From: Escherichia phage 1-6af
Sequence record: OR983333.1
Strand: one strand, 5' to 3'
Length of the DNA stretch: 64,000 nt
Shown: positions 49,976 to 59,770 of the stretch, piece after piece
Layout: each line of letters starts with the position of its first letter
Position numbering within the stretch: position 1 is the first letter of the stretch
The notes under the pieces: generated by a model
Databases searched by the model: none
Seen by the model: only the letters and a program-made list of their open reading frames with translations
Told to the model about the DNA's origin: nothing
Made by a program: the position numbers and the translations under genes

Positions 49976-50200
49976 TTAGATACCTTTAAGTTTAAGAATT
50001 TCGTTACGAGTTTTTTGAATCTGAGCTTCAATTTCGAAGTAGTCGTTGAACGCATCGTTCTCTACTTCATCGGATGGTGCATCAATCAGACCGAAAGCGA
50101 ACGGATACAGCTTTCGCTGCTCCGTTACTAATTCGATATGAACTCCCATATAATACTGTAGGAGAGTGATCTTTGGTTTCTTAGGAACCAGATTTGACAT
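49976..50200 (-). CDS. hypothetical protein (74 aa)
   Basis: ORF in cassette. Confidence 0.3.
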   Translation of the reverse strand: MSNLVPKKPKITLLQYYMGVHIELVTEQRKLYPFAFGLIDAPSDEVENDAFNDYFEIEAQIQKTRNEILKLKGI

Positions 50201-50414
50201 GAGGTTCTACCTTAATGCCTTTGATTTTTACATAATCAGCAAGCACGTTGTTGATCACCGTTGGGAAAGGAACCTCAACCTGTGTTTCAAGTACTTGACC
50301 AATACCAGCTTGCATCCACTTTTGGATTGCACGAAGGTTATCACATCCTGTGCTCGTCATCGGGATACGTCGAGTAGTTACAACGTTATCCAGCATCATC
50401 TTACGAATTTCCAT
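50181..50414 (-). CDS. hypothetical protein (77 aa)
   Basis: ORF in cassette. Confidence 0.3.
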   Translation of the reverse strand: MEIRKMMLDNVVTTRRIPMTSTGCDNLRAIQKWMQAGIGQVLETQVEVPFPTVINNVLADYVKIKGIKVEPHVKSGS

Positions 50415-50416
50415 AC

Positions 50417-52443
50417 TTAACCTCTATTCAATGAACATTTAGGAGAATTACAATAAACTTGATTCATAGAACCAAGCGTACAACTTTCAGCATCGCGCCA
50501 CGGAATCTGCTTAAAACACTCTGAGCAGTATCCAAGGGTTGACCACATGGCTTTGGTGAAGTCAGTGCTTCGGTTTCCGTCGAAGCTGACAACAGTTTTG
50601 CGGAGAGTTGTTCGTGATTCAGGAAACACACCTGCTTTCTCAGCAGGTTCCTCCTTTTTTGGCTTAGTTGAGATTGCAAAAATACTGTTGCTACGTTTCT
50701 CAACATAAGCATCAACAACATCCTCCAGAGTGATGCCTGTCTGTTTCGCTGAGGAAGGTAATACAGTCATACGACCAATCATATCTTCAGTTACACGTAA
50801 AGCAAACTCAGGACGACGGGCGTTTGTTGTATCTGTTGCTTTAATCCATACATAACCATCTTTGATCGTAGCATTAGATACTTTCTTCTTTACCTCTACA
50901 GCGCAGGCTTTACAGATATCTTCACCGCGAAGACGACTAAGTTCATCATCGAACTCATTCTCTGTTTTAACTTCACCACAGATTTCACAAACACCAATAG
51001 GAGTCTCCTCCTCTTCTTCCTCTTTAGGTTTAGTCAAACCTTCCAGACATTCAGGATGCCAGTAGCACTGATATGCGAAGACTGCTTTAGGTGCATCCTT
51101 CCAATCAATGTGTTTGTCACAACCACCACAATCACCATGAGAATGTGCTTCCCAGAATTTACGAGTGATAGTAACGCCATTCTTGTTGACGAAACTATCA
51201 TTCATGTCAAAAGGGATATCATCATCAAAGTCAGCAGTAGTAGACTCAGGCTCCTTTTTCTCCAGAGATGGGTCAACAAAACGACCTGCTGTGATCACTA
51301 AGCGAACCATAGCATTAACTTCGGAGATACAGGATACTGTCCCACGGTAAACAATTTTAGGGTCTTTCAGGGCATCCTGATAAGCCTTAATATCTACGTT
51401 ATGGACATCACCTTCGATATACTCTTGAGATTTCTCATCGTAGATATAACCAATCATCTTACCACGAGAAGGAACAGCACCAGCAGTTGCATAAGGAACA
51501 AACTCATGCGGAGTGATTTCCACAGTCATATCGCGGCGAATATCAATGTTTCGATCACTTGCGATTTTGTTTTGACTTACCACTGCGTTTCTTCGACGAA
51601 CATCTGCCGCTGTCACTCCCGGCTTCGTGTCGTAGGGATTGCTTGTACTGCTTTTTGAGGAACTTTGATAGTTGCTTTGGCTGTAGTTGTTCGAGTAATA
51701 ACTGCCCCAACGATTGGCTACCGTAAAAACCGGAAGCTCGTGGGCGACCTCTTCAACCAGAGTCATGCCGTTGTTTGACATATCAAAGATATACTCTGTA
51801 CCAACTTTACATTCAAAATGCTCGTCAATACGGTTCTTATGAGACTTAGAACGCTTCAGAATCCACATCAACATATCTTCTTCAGAAGCACCAAACCAAT
51901 CTCTGTTACAACGTGCGAGGTGGAAAGGACGCTCTTCGTTACGAATGATATGAAGGCGGTTATCAGAAGCATCATGCCAGATTAAGGTGAAAGCACCATC
52001 CAGCTTTTGAATAGTCTCTGCTGCACCGATAGTGTTAATAGAGTGGCAGATGTTCTCGCTGTCTACCTCGAAGCTTTTGCTGTCAGGTAACAGATCTTGG
52101 TCCATCAAGGTTCCATTATGAACCAGAGTGATGTTACCATGTTGGAAAGGATGGGCGTTCTTGGCGTTAACTGCACCTTTCGTTGCATGACGACTGTGAC
52201 CAACAATCCATGAAGGTGCTACAGTGTAAGCTGTTTCACCAGTGGTGTGCTTCTTGTACTCATCTTGTAGGATGAATGCGAAAGAAGGAAGAGCTTCTTT
52301 ATAAGTGAAGACTTCCTTAGTGCTTTTACGCTGACCAAAGATACCGGAGGAATGTTGTCCTCGGAATACTCCAGCATAAAAGAGTTGGTTGAATACGTCT
52401 AAATCAGTGCTTGACAGATTACCGCCAGCTAATACGATGCCAC
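50417..52443 (-). CDS. class-II (Ntn) glutamine amidotransferase-like protein with C-terminal zinc-ribbon region; frame-broken N-terminus
   Basis: CGIVLAGG ... RGQHSSGIF ... AHPF.HGNITLVHNGTL resembles PurF/AsnB N-terminal domain; needs frame change near 52376-52381 and has no canonical start at Cys codon. Confidence 0.5.
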
Positions 52444-52526
52444 AAATTTTCTAATCCACCTGAAGGGTAAACCCTTTCATCTAATTAACCTTTAAATTGT
52501 GCCCCTTTGTCAGAGGCACCCATTGA

Positions 52527-53630
52527 TTACAGCGCTTGTTCTAACTGATTTTCCAGATGGTCTGGAATGTACCCTGTGATATTGCTATCACTGTGACCTG
52601 ACTCACGTAGTAAGTCAAAAATAGCACGGATACGTTGTTCTGGAGCGTGTCTTACTTGAGATAGGTCTGCTGTACGAAGCATAACCAAAATCTCTTGATA
52701 CAAGTTGTTAGCGTTCCCTCGGACATAACCAAGGAATCCATAGAAGTCTGACATAAGACGCAAGTCAACAAGAACATCTCCGTTGGAGTTGGTTCGACGT
52801 AAACGAATACGACCAGACTGTTCTACTTCATGAGAACGACAATACAAAACATCACGGGCCATACAATAACCTGAATGCAAATCCGATTCATCCAGATTGT
52901 AATCCAGAGGAAGGTAAGGAAGCATTGGGGCAAATCGTACAGTATTTAAATGCTCAACAAACTGATCGTTGCTCATATCTGCGTTATCTAAAGCCAGCTT
53001 CTTCAGCATCAAGAAGCGGTTAACCAGATTGAGAAGTTGACCACGTTTCCACTTAGGCTCGCTGATACGGAACTCAATCGAACCGTATTGGGCAAGTGGC
53101 AGAAGGTTCAGGGATGTATACTTATCCCATGAACGAACCAGACGGTTGAAGAACTCTTCACCATCGTAGTTAAATGCGTCAGAGGCATTCATTACCTGTG
53201 CTTGTACCACTGCAAACGCAGGGCAGAAATTGCTACGGTAACGATGGTAGCCTGAGCACTTGAACAACATCTTTTCGTAGAAGGTCCAAGCGAGAATGGT
53301 TTTCTTGAGGATATTACTATCAGCATCCCTCATATCCATATGAACGTGAGTAGAGCAACGCCAAGTCCCCTCGGCGTGCGATTCAGCTACTGCTTCACTC
53401 AGGTTGTTGATAGCGTCTAACAACTCCTGTCCGTTGTAAGGTCGTGAACATACCATTTCACAACCATTACGCAGGGAACCATCCTCTGTACAATCCCACA
53501 TATCTGCTTCGATATGATCGGAACCTTCGAGTTCAAGTTCAATACCGACACCGCACTGAAGTGCAATTGAACTATGCGCCTCAGTTAAACGTCCTTCTCG
53601 ATATCCAAAAGTTTGCGCTACAGTTGTCAT
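52527..53630 (-). CDS. amidoligase-like (glutamine synthetase-like) protein
   Basis: GVGIELELEG G.E.E-type motif; gene neighbourhood with GATase and AIG2 genes. Confidence 0.4.
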   Translation of the reverse strand: MTTVAQTFGYREGRLTEAHSSIALQCGVGIELELEGSDHIEADMWDCTEDGSLRNGCEMVCSRPYNGQELLDAINNLSEAVAESHAEGTWRCSTHVHMDMRDADSNILKKTILAWTFYEKMLFKCSGYHRYRSNFCPAFAVVQAQVMNASDAFNYDGEEFFNRLVRSWDKYTSLNLLPLAQYGSIEFRISEPKWKRGQLLNLVNRFLMLKKLALDNADMSNDQFVEHLNTVRFAPMLPYLPLDYNLDESDLHSGYCMARDVLYCRSHEVEQSGRIRLRRTNSNGDVLVDLRLMSDFYGFLGYVRGNANNLYQEILVMLRTADLSQVRHAPEQRIRAIFDLLRESGHSDSNITGYIPDHLENQLEQAL

Positions 53631-54244
53631 AACGAATCCACCAACGTAATATTATAATTGCTAAGGTTTTCAGAGATGTGATGAAAATGCTCCAGAAGTC
53701 GCATCGGTTGCTGACCGTAAGAGTCACGAGGTGCTTCCAGATCTACTTGTCCTACCAGTGCACCTTTATAATGCACCTTACCATCCGTAGGGTTGATGTA
53801 AATGTAACGAGTAACCAATCCATCAAATTCAGGATTGAACAGACTGTAAACCATTTCACCAGAGATCGAACGACCAATCCCAGGAGCGTTTCGAATCTTG
53901 TTACCCATCAAACCCTTCGCTCTCTGACGAACAGGGTTGATGTGAGTCCAGCTTACAGTGTTACCGTTATGGAACAGATAACCAACATCAGGCGATTCAA
54001 GAATCAAGGTTGGGTCGAACACTGGAATATTCATCGTAGTGTTTCGAAGATTCCCTTGCTCATTCTTGTACCACTGCTCTACAACAAAGTACAAAGCCTG
54101 TTCTGCTTCGTGAGAGAAGTCATCGCTGCGGAAGTTACCGCTCTGCTCAACACCAATCACAAAACACGGAAGGTTGATATTGCCTGCCCGTTTAGCAATC
54201 CATGTACCATTATAGTAATGAGAAAAATCAGCTACTAAGCTCAC
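53627..54244 (-). CDS. hypothetical protein (205 aa)
   Basis: Translationally coupled in cassette. Confidence 0.35.
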   Translation of the reverse strand: MSLVADFSHYYNGTWIAKRAGNINLPCFVIGVEQSGNFRSDDFSHEAEQALYFVVEQWYKNEQGNLRNTTMNIPVFDPTLILESPDVGYLFHNGNTVSWTHINPVRQRAKGLMGNKIRNAPGIGRSISGEMVYSLFNPEFDGLVTRYIYINPTDGKVHYKGALVGQVDLEAPRDSYGQQPMRLLEHFHHISENLSNYNITLVDSL

Positions 54245-54253
54245 GATAACCTC

Positions 54254-55060
54254 TTATGCTACCTGAAGGAGTTTGATCTGCTGGTCAGCTTCTTTAACGT
54301 TGTTCCCGTTAATGATTTCATGAAGCTTCTCAATCGGAAGGCGAGAGTGCAATGCCATCAGAGTGGACATATCACACTGCTGAACAACCTTGTCAACCTG
54401 ATCGTAAACAAACTTACGGTTTTCACGATCACTAATCCAGAAGTTAGACAGAGAGCGGTATTCAATACCATAGTCTTTATAACGGATTGCAGATGCTTTA
54501 CCGTAGAGTTCTTTACGGCGAGTATCTTTGTCCATAATTACTGCTGGGAGAGACAGGAAGTAGTCACACAGCACACCAAGCATCATCTGAGTTTGCAAAG
54601 TGATATCCAAAGCACCAACTACACCAAGATGTACGTGACCACCGGCAGTACGAAGCCCCTTATTCTGGGAAGTCGGGGATGGGTTCTTCTGACCAGTGAA
54701 GGCGTTGAAATCAGGAGTGCACCCGAAGATGAACGCTGATTCATTAAAGGTCTTCATCTCTTCTTCAGTGAAGATGTGAGAGCTAACACCAGGAGCTGTT
54801 TCCATGTCCAGTTTGTTCAGGACATTATTGGTGAGATCAATACCACGTTGCATGTTATCGTTAAACGCTTCAAAACCGCTCTGTGGGTCAATATCAAACT
54901 CAGCCAATACGTTGTCCTCTTGGAGACGAACATCCTTAGCCAGAGCGATCTTATCGTCCTTAGAGCAGCCTAATAAACCGGCTACAGAAGTGATGATACC
55001 ATTGCTAGTACGAACAAACATTTCAGGGTCAGAGCCGATAAGGAATTTGCGCTTAGTCAT
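54254..55060 (-). CDS. hypothetical protein (268 aa)
   Basis: ORF in cassette. Confidence 0.35.
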   Translation of the reverse strand: MTKRKFLIGSDPEMFVRTSNGIITSVAGLLGCSKDDKIALAKDVRLQEDNVLAEFDIDPQSGFEAFNDNMQRGIDLTNNVLNKLDMETAPGVSSHIFTEEEMKTFNESAFIFGCTPDFNAFTGQKNPSPTSQNKGLRTAGGHVHLGVVGALDITLQTQMMLGVLCDYFLSLPAVIMDKDTRRKELYGKASAIRYKDYGIEYRSLSNFWISDRENRKFVYDQVDKVVQQCDMSTLMALHSRLPIEKLHEIINGNNVKEADQQIKLLQVA

Positions 55061-56024
55061 TGTAATACTCCACTAGTTCAGAAAAGAGAGATGAGATTGT
55101 GTTACCAACTTCTTCAAGAGTAAGACCGGAATCTGCTCCAGTTCTCTGAATCAGTCGGGCTGTAAAGTTTTGTACTGTAATGTTTCCCAACTTGTCATCT
55201 ATTGTTTCACGTTTGTGACCATAACAGTTGGACCAGAGTCTTAACCACTCTGACATTGTTTCATACTCGTCTGGGTCTTGATCTTTAGCACGAGCAAATC
55301 TTCGTAAGGCATCTTGGTTATGGTTACGAACATAACCATGCCCGTTGTCGCCAACACCGAAGGGGTTTTGAACCCATACTTGTTTCGTGTATTCATCAGA
55401 GTCAACAACCAAAGGAAGGAATGCTGCTGCTGACATATTGTTGTTAATAACAATAGAGGTGCTCTCGCTACTCCCATTGGCTCTTCCTCGTTGAGACCAT
55501 CCACCGAAGAAGTCACGACCCAACCCAGCTAACACTAGAGCGATGCCGATGCGTTTACGCTTAAGCCACTCTTCCCTGTCTTCAATTCCTTCTGCTAGGA
55601 AATCCATTCCACGATACTGCCCTTCCAGAATGCTACGGAAGAGCATGAGTCCTGTGAAGATCTGATCTGCTGGATGCTCACGAAGGTTGACAGCAACACT
55701 ATTCGCTGAAGTGATCGTAAATACGTCACGATAGCAAGACATGGAGTTCATAATGTCTGCTGTTTCAACCAAATTCTTTTCAATATCAGATGTAACATGA
55801 CCATGAAAAGAGTGAGTCCAGTAATTCAACATCTCCAGTTGCAAGTTGATATCACGGTTGAAGCGACGATAGCGCCCTTCTTCCGTGATAACTTCACCAT
55901 TAATGTCATTTACACACTGGCCTTGCATGTAGTTGTGGATACCGAAGCACCCACGACCTAAGAACTTCTGTTCCCCTAAATCCTGTTGAAGATTCTGAGG
56001 TACGATCGTTGTGGAGATTGACAT
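55053..56024 (-). CDS. hypothetical protein (323 aa)
   Basis: ORF in cassette. Confidence 0.35.
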   Translation of the reverse strand: MSISTTIVPQNLQQDLGEQKFLGRGCFGIHNYMQGQCVNDINGEVITEEGRYRRFNRDINLQLEMLNYWTHSFHGHVTSDIEKNLVETADIMNSMSCYRDVFTITSANSVAVNLREHPADQIFTGLMLFRSILEGQYRGMDFLAEGIEDREEWLKRKRIGIALVLAGLGRDFFGGWSQRGRANGSSESTSIVINNNMSAAAFLPLVVDSDEYTKQVWVQNPFGVGDNGHGYVRNHNQDALRRFARAKDQDPDEYETMSEWLRLWSNCYGHKRETIDDKLGNITVQNFTARLIQRTGADSGLTLEEVGNTISSLFSELVEYYND

Positions 56025-56034
56025 AACTAACCTT

Positions 56035-57234
56035 TTATTTTCCTAAAAATAATCCGCTCATAACACCATCCCACTCAGAGGATGGAATCACTGAATACTC
56101 CGAACTTTGGTCCAGAGTTCCACTACTAAATCGCTGAACAATGTTGTAGATGTTGAACAGGTCTTTAGCCTCGGCACGAATGCCATATACTAATTTATTT
56201 GCTGTTCTTTCATCTTTAGAGACACGACGAGCAAAGTTAACCAAAAGGTTATCACATTTCAGGATTTCTGATTCACTCTCTACTAGATCGGGGTGCATTA
56301 CTGGCAAGAACATTGAGTTGTTAACTCGCAATTCTGCTGTTTCGTCGTTCTCATAATGAATCCACTTAAAGTCTTCATCACGGAAGTGACCGCATCCATC
56401 TCTGTATGACTGTTGACGCCAAGGCACTTGAAATGCTTCAGCGTATTTATCAGCCATACCAACTGTAAATAGCGACGCTGGGAAGATACAAGCATCCCAA
56501 TCATTACCAACCAGAGTTGCTTTCGTTTCACCCAAGAGGTTAGTGTAAGTGCTAACCATTCGTGAGTAAACATAAGCCTGAAGGATTGTCCAGCCTTCAA
56601 CCAACCATTTGTGGAGGAAGGTTTCAACTTGACTCTCTTCATCTTCACAATAGAAGGTTCGATCTAACATCAAATAGAATAGACAACGATCAGCAGGAAC
56701 ATTTTCAGTTGCTACCCCCATAAAACCTTTATCGTGCCAGCGTAAACAGGAGGGACGATCTTTGTCCACAAATGCTTCCATAGCTTCCAGTACAGCACGA
56801 GGTGTGGTTCGATGTTCAGGGTTTTTGTCGTTCCAACGTTCAATGTTATTCTTAGGGGGCGTGTCTTCATCTTCATACGAACACCAACTTAAAGCTTCAG
56901 CTACATGCTTTTCATCACGCCAACTTCTAAAGCCTAACATCTTCATATGAGTTCCAGAGTTCCAGATATGCTTGATTTTACACATATCCATCTCTCGGCT
57001 TAACAGGAACTCTTCCCCATCAGCACTACGAACGTTAGATTCTTCATGCCACACTCGAACGTGCATATTCCATCCATGAGTTGCCTCATACATGTTAGGG
57101 TCGAAGTAGTCATCATATTCTTCGTCGTCTTCATCAACGCCACCATTATAGTTGCGAAGCTGAAGGAACCCATAACAAGGAGGACTAACCGTTAAAACAT
57201 TACCTTCAGTATCTTCTAATGTTACTGGAAACAT
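56035..57234 (-). CDS. hypothetical protein (399 aa)
   Basis: ORF in cassette. Confidence 0.35.
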   Translation of the reverse strand: MFPVTLEDTEGNVLTVSPPCYGFLQLRNYNGGVDEDDEEYDDYFDPNMYEATHGWNMHVRVWHEESNVRSADGEEFLLSREMDMCKIKHIWNSGTHMKMLGFRSWRDEKHVAEALSWCSYEDEDTPPKNNIERWNDKNPEHRTTPRAVLEAMEAFVDKDRPSCLRWHDKGFMGVATENVPADRCLFYLMLDRTFYCEDEESQVETFLHKWLVEGWTILQAYVYSRMVSTYTNLLGETKATLVGNDWDACIFPASLFTVGMADKYAEAFQVPWRQQSYRDGCGHFRDEDFKWIHYENDETAELRVNNSMFLPVMHPDLVESESEILKCDNLLVNFARRVSKDERTANKLVYGIRAEAKDLFNIYNIVQRFSSGTLDQSSEYSVIPSSEWDGVMSGLFLGK

Positions 57235-57245
57235 TATACCAACCT

Positions 57246-57608
57246 CTATTGGTTTTTAATTAACTCAATCGACTTACGGATATAAAGAATATCTCGGAAG
57301 TTTCGATAGTTGTTCATAAATTGATGCTTCTGGAACTCAGCTTCTTCCAGAGCTTTCTTTGCTTCTGCGTAGTTTTTACGGGCAAGATGTACAACCCGCT
57401 CTGGTAACACGTTTGCACGATGGATTAGATACTTATGAGCTTTCATGTTACTTTGCTCACGAGCAATCTTACCTTTAGCAACCTTGATACCATTTGCAAT
57501 CCAAGCAAGTTCTTGCTCAAGCTCATCGTTGGACATTCCACCGAGGTTTGATGCAACCTTGTTCAGAGTTTCAATATTAACGTTGCCCTTGATGGGACGT
57601 GTATTCAT
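57246..57608 (-). CDS. hypothetical protein (120 aa)
   Basis: ORF. Confidence 0.35.
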   Translation of the reverse strand: MNTRPIKGNVNIETLNKVASNLGGMSNDELEQELAWIANGIKVAKGKIAREQSNMKAHKYLIHRANVLPERVVHLARKNYAEAKKALEEAEFQKHQFMNNYRNFRDILYIRKSIELIKNQ

Positions 57609-57609
57609 A

Positions 57610-57762
57610 CTTACTCCTGTTGTTTACACTCGTCAATAACCCACTGATAAGTGGATTGCCCAGAAAAGAAACACTGAATAAATCCAGATGTTCTCTGCGT
57701 TACCAGTGCTAGTGCACAAATCACTACCGCTGCTGCTAGCAGTTTTAAATCTAATTTAGACA
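57610..57762 (-). CDS. small membrane protein (50 aa)
   Basis: RBS gagga; hydrophobic N-terminal segment; below ORF-track cutoff. Confidence 0.3.
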
Positions 57763-57780
57763 TATTTCCTCTCGTTGAAT

Positions 57781-57807
57781 TTAAAAAAGGACTCTCCGAA
57801 AAGAGTC
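57781..57807 (-). terminator. rho-independent terminator (minus strand)
   Basis: gactct-tttcgg-agagtc hairpin followed by T6 on minus strand. Confidence 0.55.
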
Positions 57808-57989
57808 AAGCTTTAAATACAAAAAGATATTACCCAATATCTGTGGATAACCTGCTCTTAAAATATCTATCCGACGGATGTTCGAGGAATGTTCCTCTCC
57901 CTAGCATCGGCCCCATACGGGAAATATATTAAGATTAGGTTAGTTGAGTCAGAATAACTCACATAGCCCTCCGAAGAAGGCTATAGGTG

Positions 57990-58223
57990 TTACTCGCCTT
58001 TCTTAGCACGGTCTTTGGCAGTCTTGCCAGTGCGGATGCGGTGTGAAACGTTAACCAGAGTGCCACCTTCAACTACAGTAACGCTCTTGTTTTTAGCCAG
58101 ATCAAACACAGTCTTCTCTGTGCCGCCCAAGCGAATTTGCTTAGGCTCACTGAAGGTTTGGGTTGATTTAGATTGGAACTGGAATGGTTGACGGATTGCA
58201 TCAATTGCGCTTACTTTAGACAT
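57990..58223 (-). CDS. hypothetical protein (77 aa)
   Basis: ORF. Confidence 0.3.
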   Translation of the reverse strand: MSKVSAIDAIRQPFQFQSKSTQTFSEPKQIRLGGTEKTVFDLAKNKSVTVVEGGTLVNVSHRIRTGKTAKDRAKKGE

Positions 58224-58457
58224 AGGGGAAATTCCTTAAAAAGTCATGGCTGCGTAGAGGGAATTCCCTACGCAAATTGGGCCGCCCACAGAGAGGCGTC
58301 ATAGTACTAAAAGGAGGAGAGAAGAAGGCTTATTTAGCTACCTTTTTCTGTCCATTTACGAACCAGATAATTGAACCATCAGGCTGTCGTTGACCGAAGC
58401 CTTTCTGGTTAATCATATCGTCATAAGAATATGCTTTACGTCTCATTTGTTTTCCTA

Positions 58458-58670
58458 TTAACAGGCGTAGTTACTTAGATACACATGCCGATCTCTCAGC
58501 ACCTCACCAAGAAAAGATTTGTAATCTTCTGTTATGTCAGAATAAAACTTCTCTTTAGCTTCTTCCTCAGACACTTTCCACAACTTAGAAAGTTGGTTGA
58601 ACAATACTTCCTCAGAGGAGAACAGTAGGTATGCATTCTGGATGAGTATATCTTTCTCTTCTTGAGTCAT
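58458..58670 (-). CDS. hypothetical protein (70 aa)
   Basis: ORF in tight array. Confidence 0.3.
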   Translation of the reverse strand: MTQEEKDILIQNAYLLFSSEEVLFNQLSKLWKVSEEEAKEKFYSDITEDYKSFLGEVLRDRHVYLSNYAC

Positions 58671-58677
58671 AGATCAC

Positions 58678-58926
58678 CTATGAAGTTAAAATAATCTCAG
58701 CCTTAATAAACTTCTCACCAACAACCATATCTCCAGACACAGGACGAACTTCTCCAGTTCCTAAGTTAACAGCTCCAGCAGGTTGACAACCTATGCTCTT
58801 AGCTGTCAGCATGTAAATCTTTTGAAGATGGCACTCTTGGAGAGTGAACACATCTGACATGTTTAGATCTTTAACACGGAGGACTGTTTCCTCTTTGCTC
58901 TTAACTTTAATATGAATAGTGCTCAT
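58678..58926 (-). CDS. small protein, ~80 aa paralogue family member
   Basis: Shares ..DVF...Y...AGAVNLGTGEV pattern with 58929, 59174, 60715 genes. Confidence 0.35.
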   Translation of the reverse strand: MSTIHIKVKSKEETVLRVKDLNMSDVFTLQECHLQKIYMLTAKSIGCQPAGAVNLGTGEVRPVSGDMVVGEKFIKAEIILTS

Positions 58927-58928
58927 AA

Positions 58929-59174
58929 TTACTCCTGAACCACTGACATACGAATCATTTCAACCTGAGTATCACTTTTCATAACACCCAGAACACCAGT
59001 CATAAGATTAACTGTAGTAATCCAACCTTCTTCGACAGAGATCTTATTGGATACATTGGTAACTCGCATATAATACTGAGGCGATGCTAAACCTTGTTGG
59101 ATTACGAAAGGGTTTCCGGGAATAATTGTATCCAGTGAAACAGTTTTATCTTTAATCTTGGGAAGGATCTTCAT
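58929..59174 (-). CDS. small protein, ~80 aa paralogue family member
   Basis: MKI..K..KT..L.TIIPGNPF ... ITTVNLMTG pattern. Confidence 0.35.
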   Translation of the reverse strand: MKILPKIKDKTVSLDTIIPGNPFVIQQGLASPQYYMRVTNVSNKISVEEGWITTVNLMTGVLGVMKSDTQVEMIRMSVVQE

Positions 59175-59422
59175 TATGTGTTATCCACCAAAAGTTCTGC
59201 TGACACAGGAACAACTCGGCACCAGATAGAAGGTGCTGTTACGTTACCATCGGATAAACGAAGGGTAATTGCTCGATCAGAGTTAACGGTTACATTAGGA
59301 CTTTCAGACACAGACCCTTTAACATAGAGAGTAGCACTCTCAGGGAATTTAAATACTGCTCCGCTGGGAAGGGAGTTGATATCAACCGTGGTCACTTCTT
59401 CTTTCTTGTGAGTAATCTTCAT
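59174..59422 (-). CDS. small protein, ~80 aa paralogue family member
   Basis: MKI..K...T...SLPSGAVF ... ITLRLSDGNV pattern. Confidence 0.35.
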   Translation of the reverse strand: MKITHKKEEVTTVDINSLPSGAVFKFPESATLYVKGSVSESPNVTVNSDRAITLRLSDGNVTAPSIWCRVVPVSAELLVDNT

Positions 59423-59430
59423 ATTGATTC

Positions 59431-59742
59431 CTATTTAAGTTTGAGGCTAATATTAAGGTGCATACATGCCCTGTTCTGTACAGCAGCATAGCTTCTACCG
59501 AGCATGTCAGCCATTCTCTGAATAGACATGAACCCAGCATTACGGATAAGGAACTGGTCTTCTTCTTCAGACCATTTAACTCGGATTGAAGCTCTTGATA
59601 TTCCGAATTTAGTGCAAGCTGTATTAACTGCATTCTCCGTTACATTCATAATCTGAGCAACTTCTTTAACCGAGTACTCTTTGATTAGTCTCCGAAGATT
59701 TTCAATCTGCATCGGAGTCCATATAGTTCTTCGTGCTTTCAT
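59431..59742 (-). CDS. DNA-binding protein with two HTH-like repeats (putative transcription regulator)
   Basis: Two W/E-L...S..E.A repeats; first gene after tRNA-like element. Confidence 0.4.
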   Translation of the reverse strand: MKARRTIWTPMQIENLRRLIKEYSVKEVAQIMNVTENAVNTACTKFGISRASIRVKWSEEEDQFLIRNAGFMSIQRMADMLGRSYAAVQNRACMHLNISLKLK

Positions 59743-59770
59743 ACATCCTCCAATTAGATATTATTCGATT

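Noticed and set aside
52501-52526. Hairpin GGTGCCTCTGACAAAGGGGCAC between the amidoligase and amidotransferase genes as a terminator
   Set aside because: No U-run on the transcribed minus strand; more likely a processing or translational coupling element, if functional.
57841-57849. Perfect DnaA box (TTATCCACA on minus strand) suggesting a replication origin
   Set aside because: Single isolated 9-mer with no clustered boxes or adjacent AT-rich unwinding element; likely chance.
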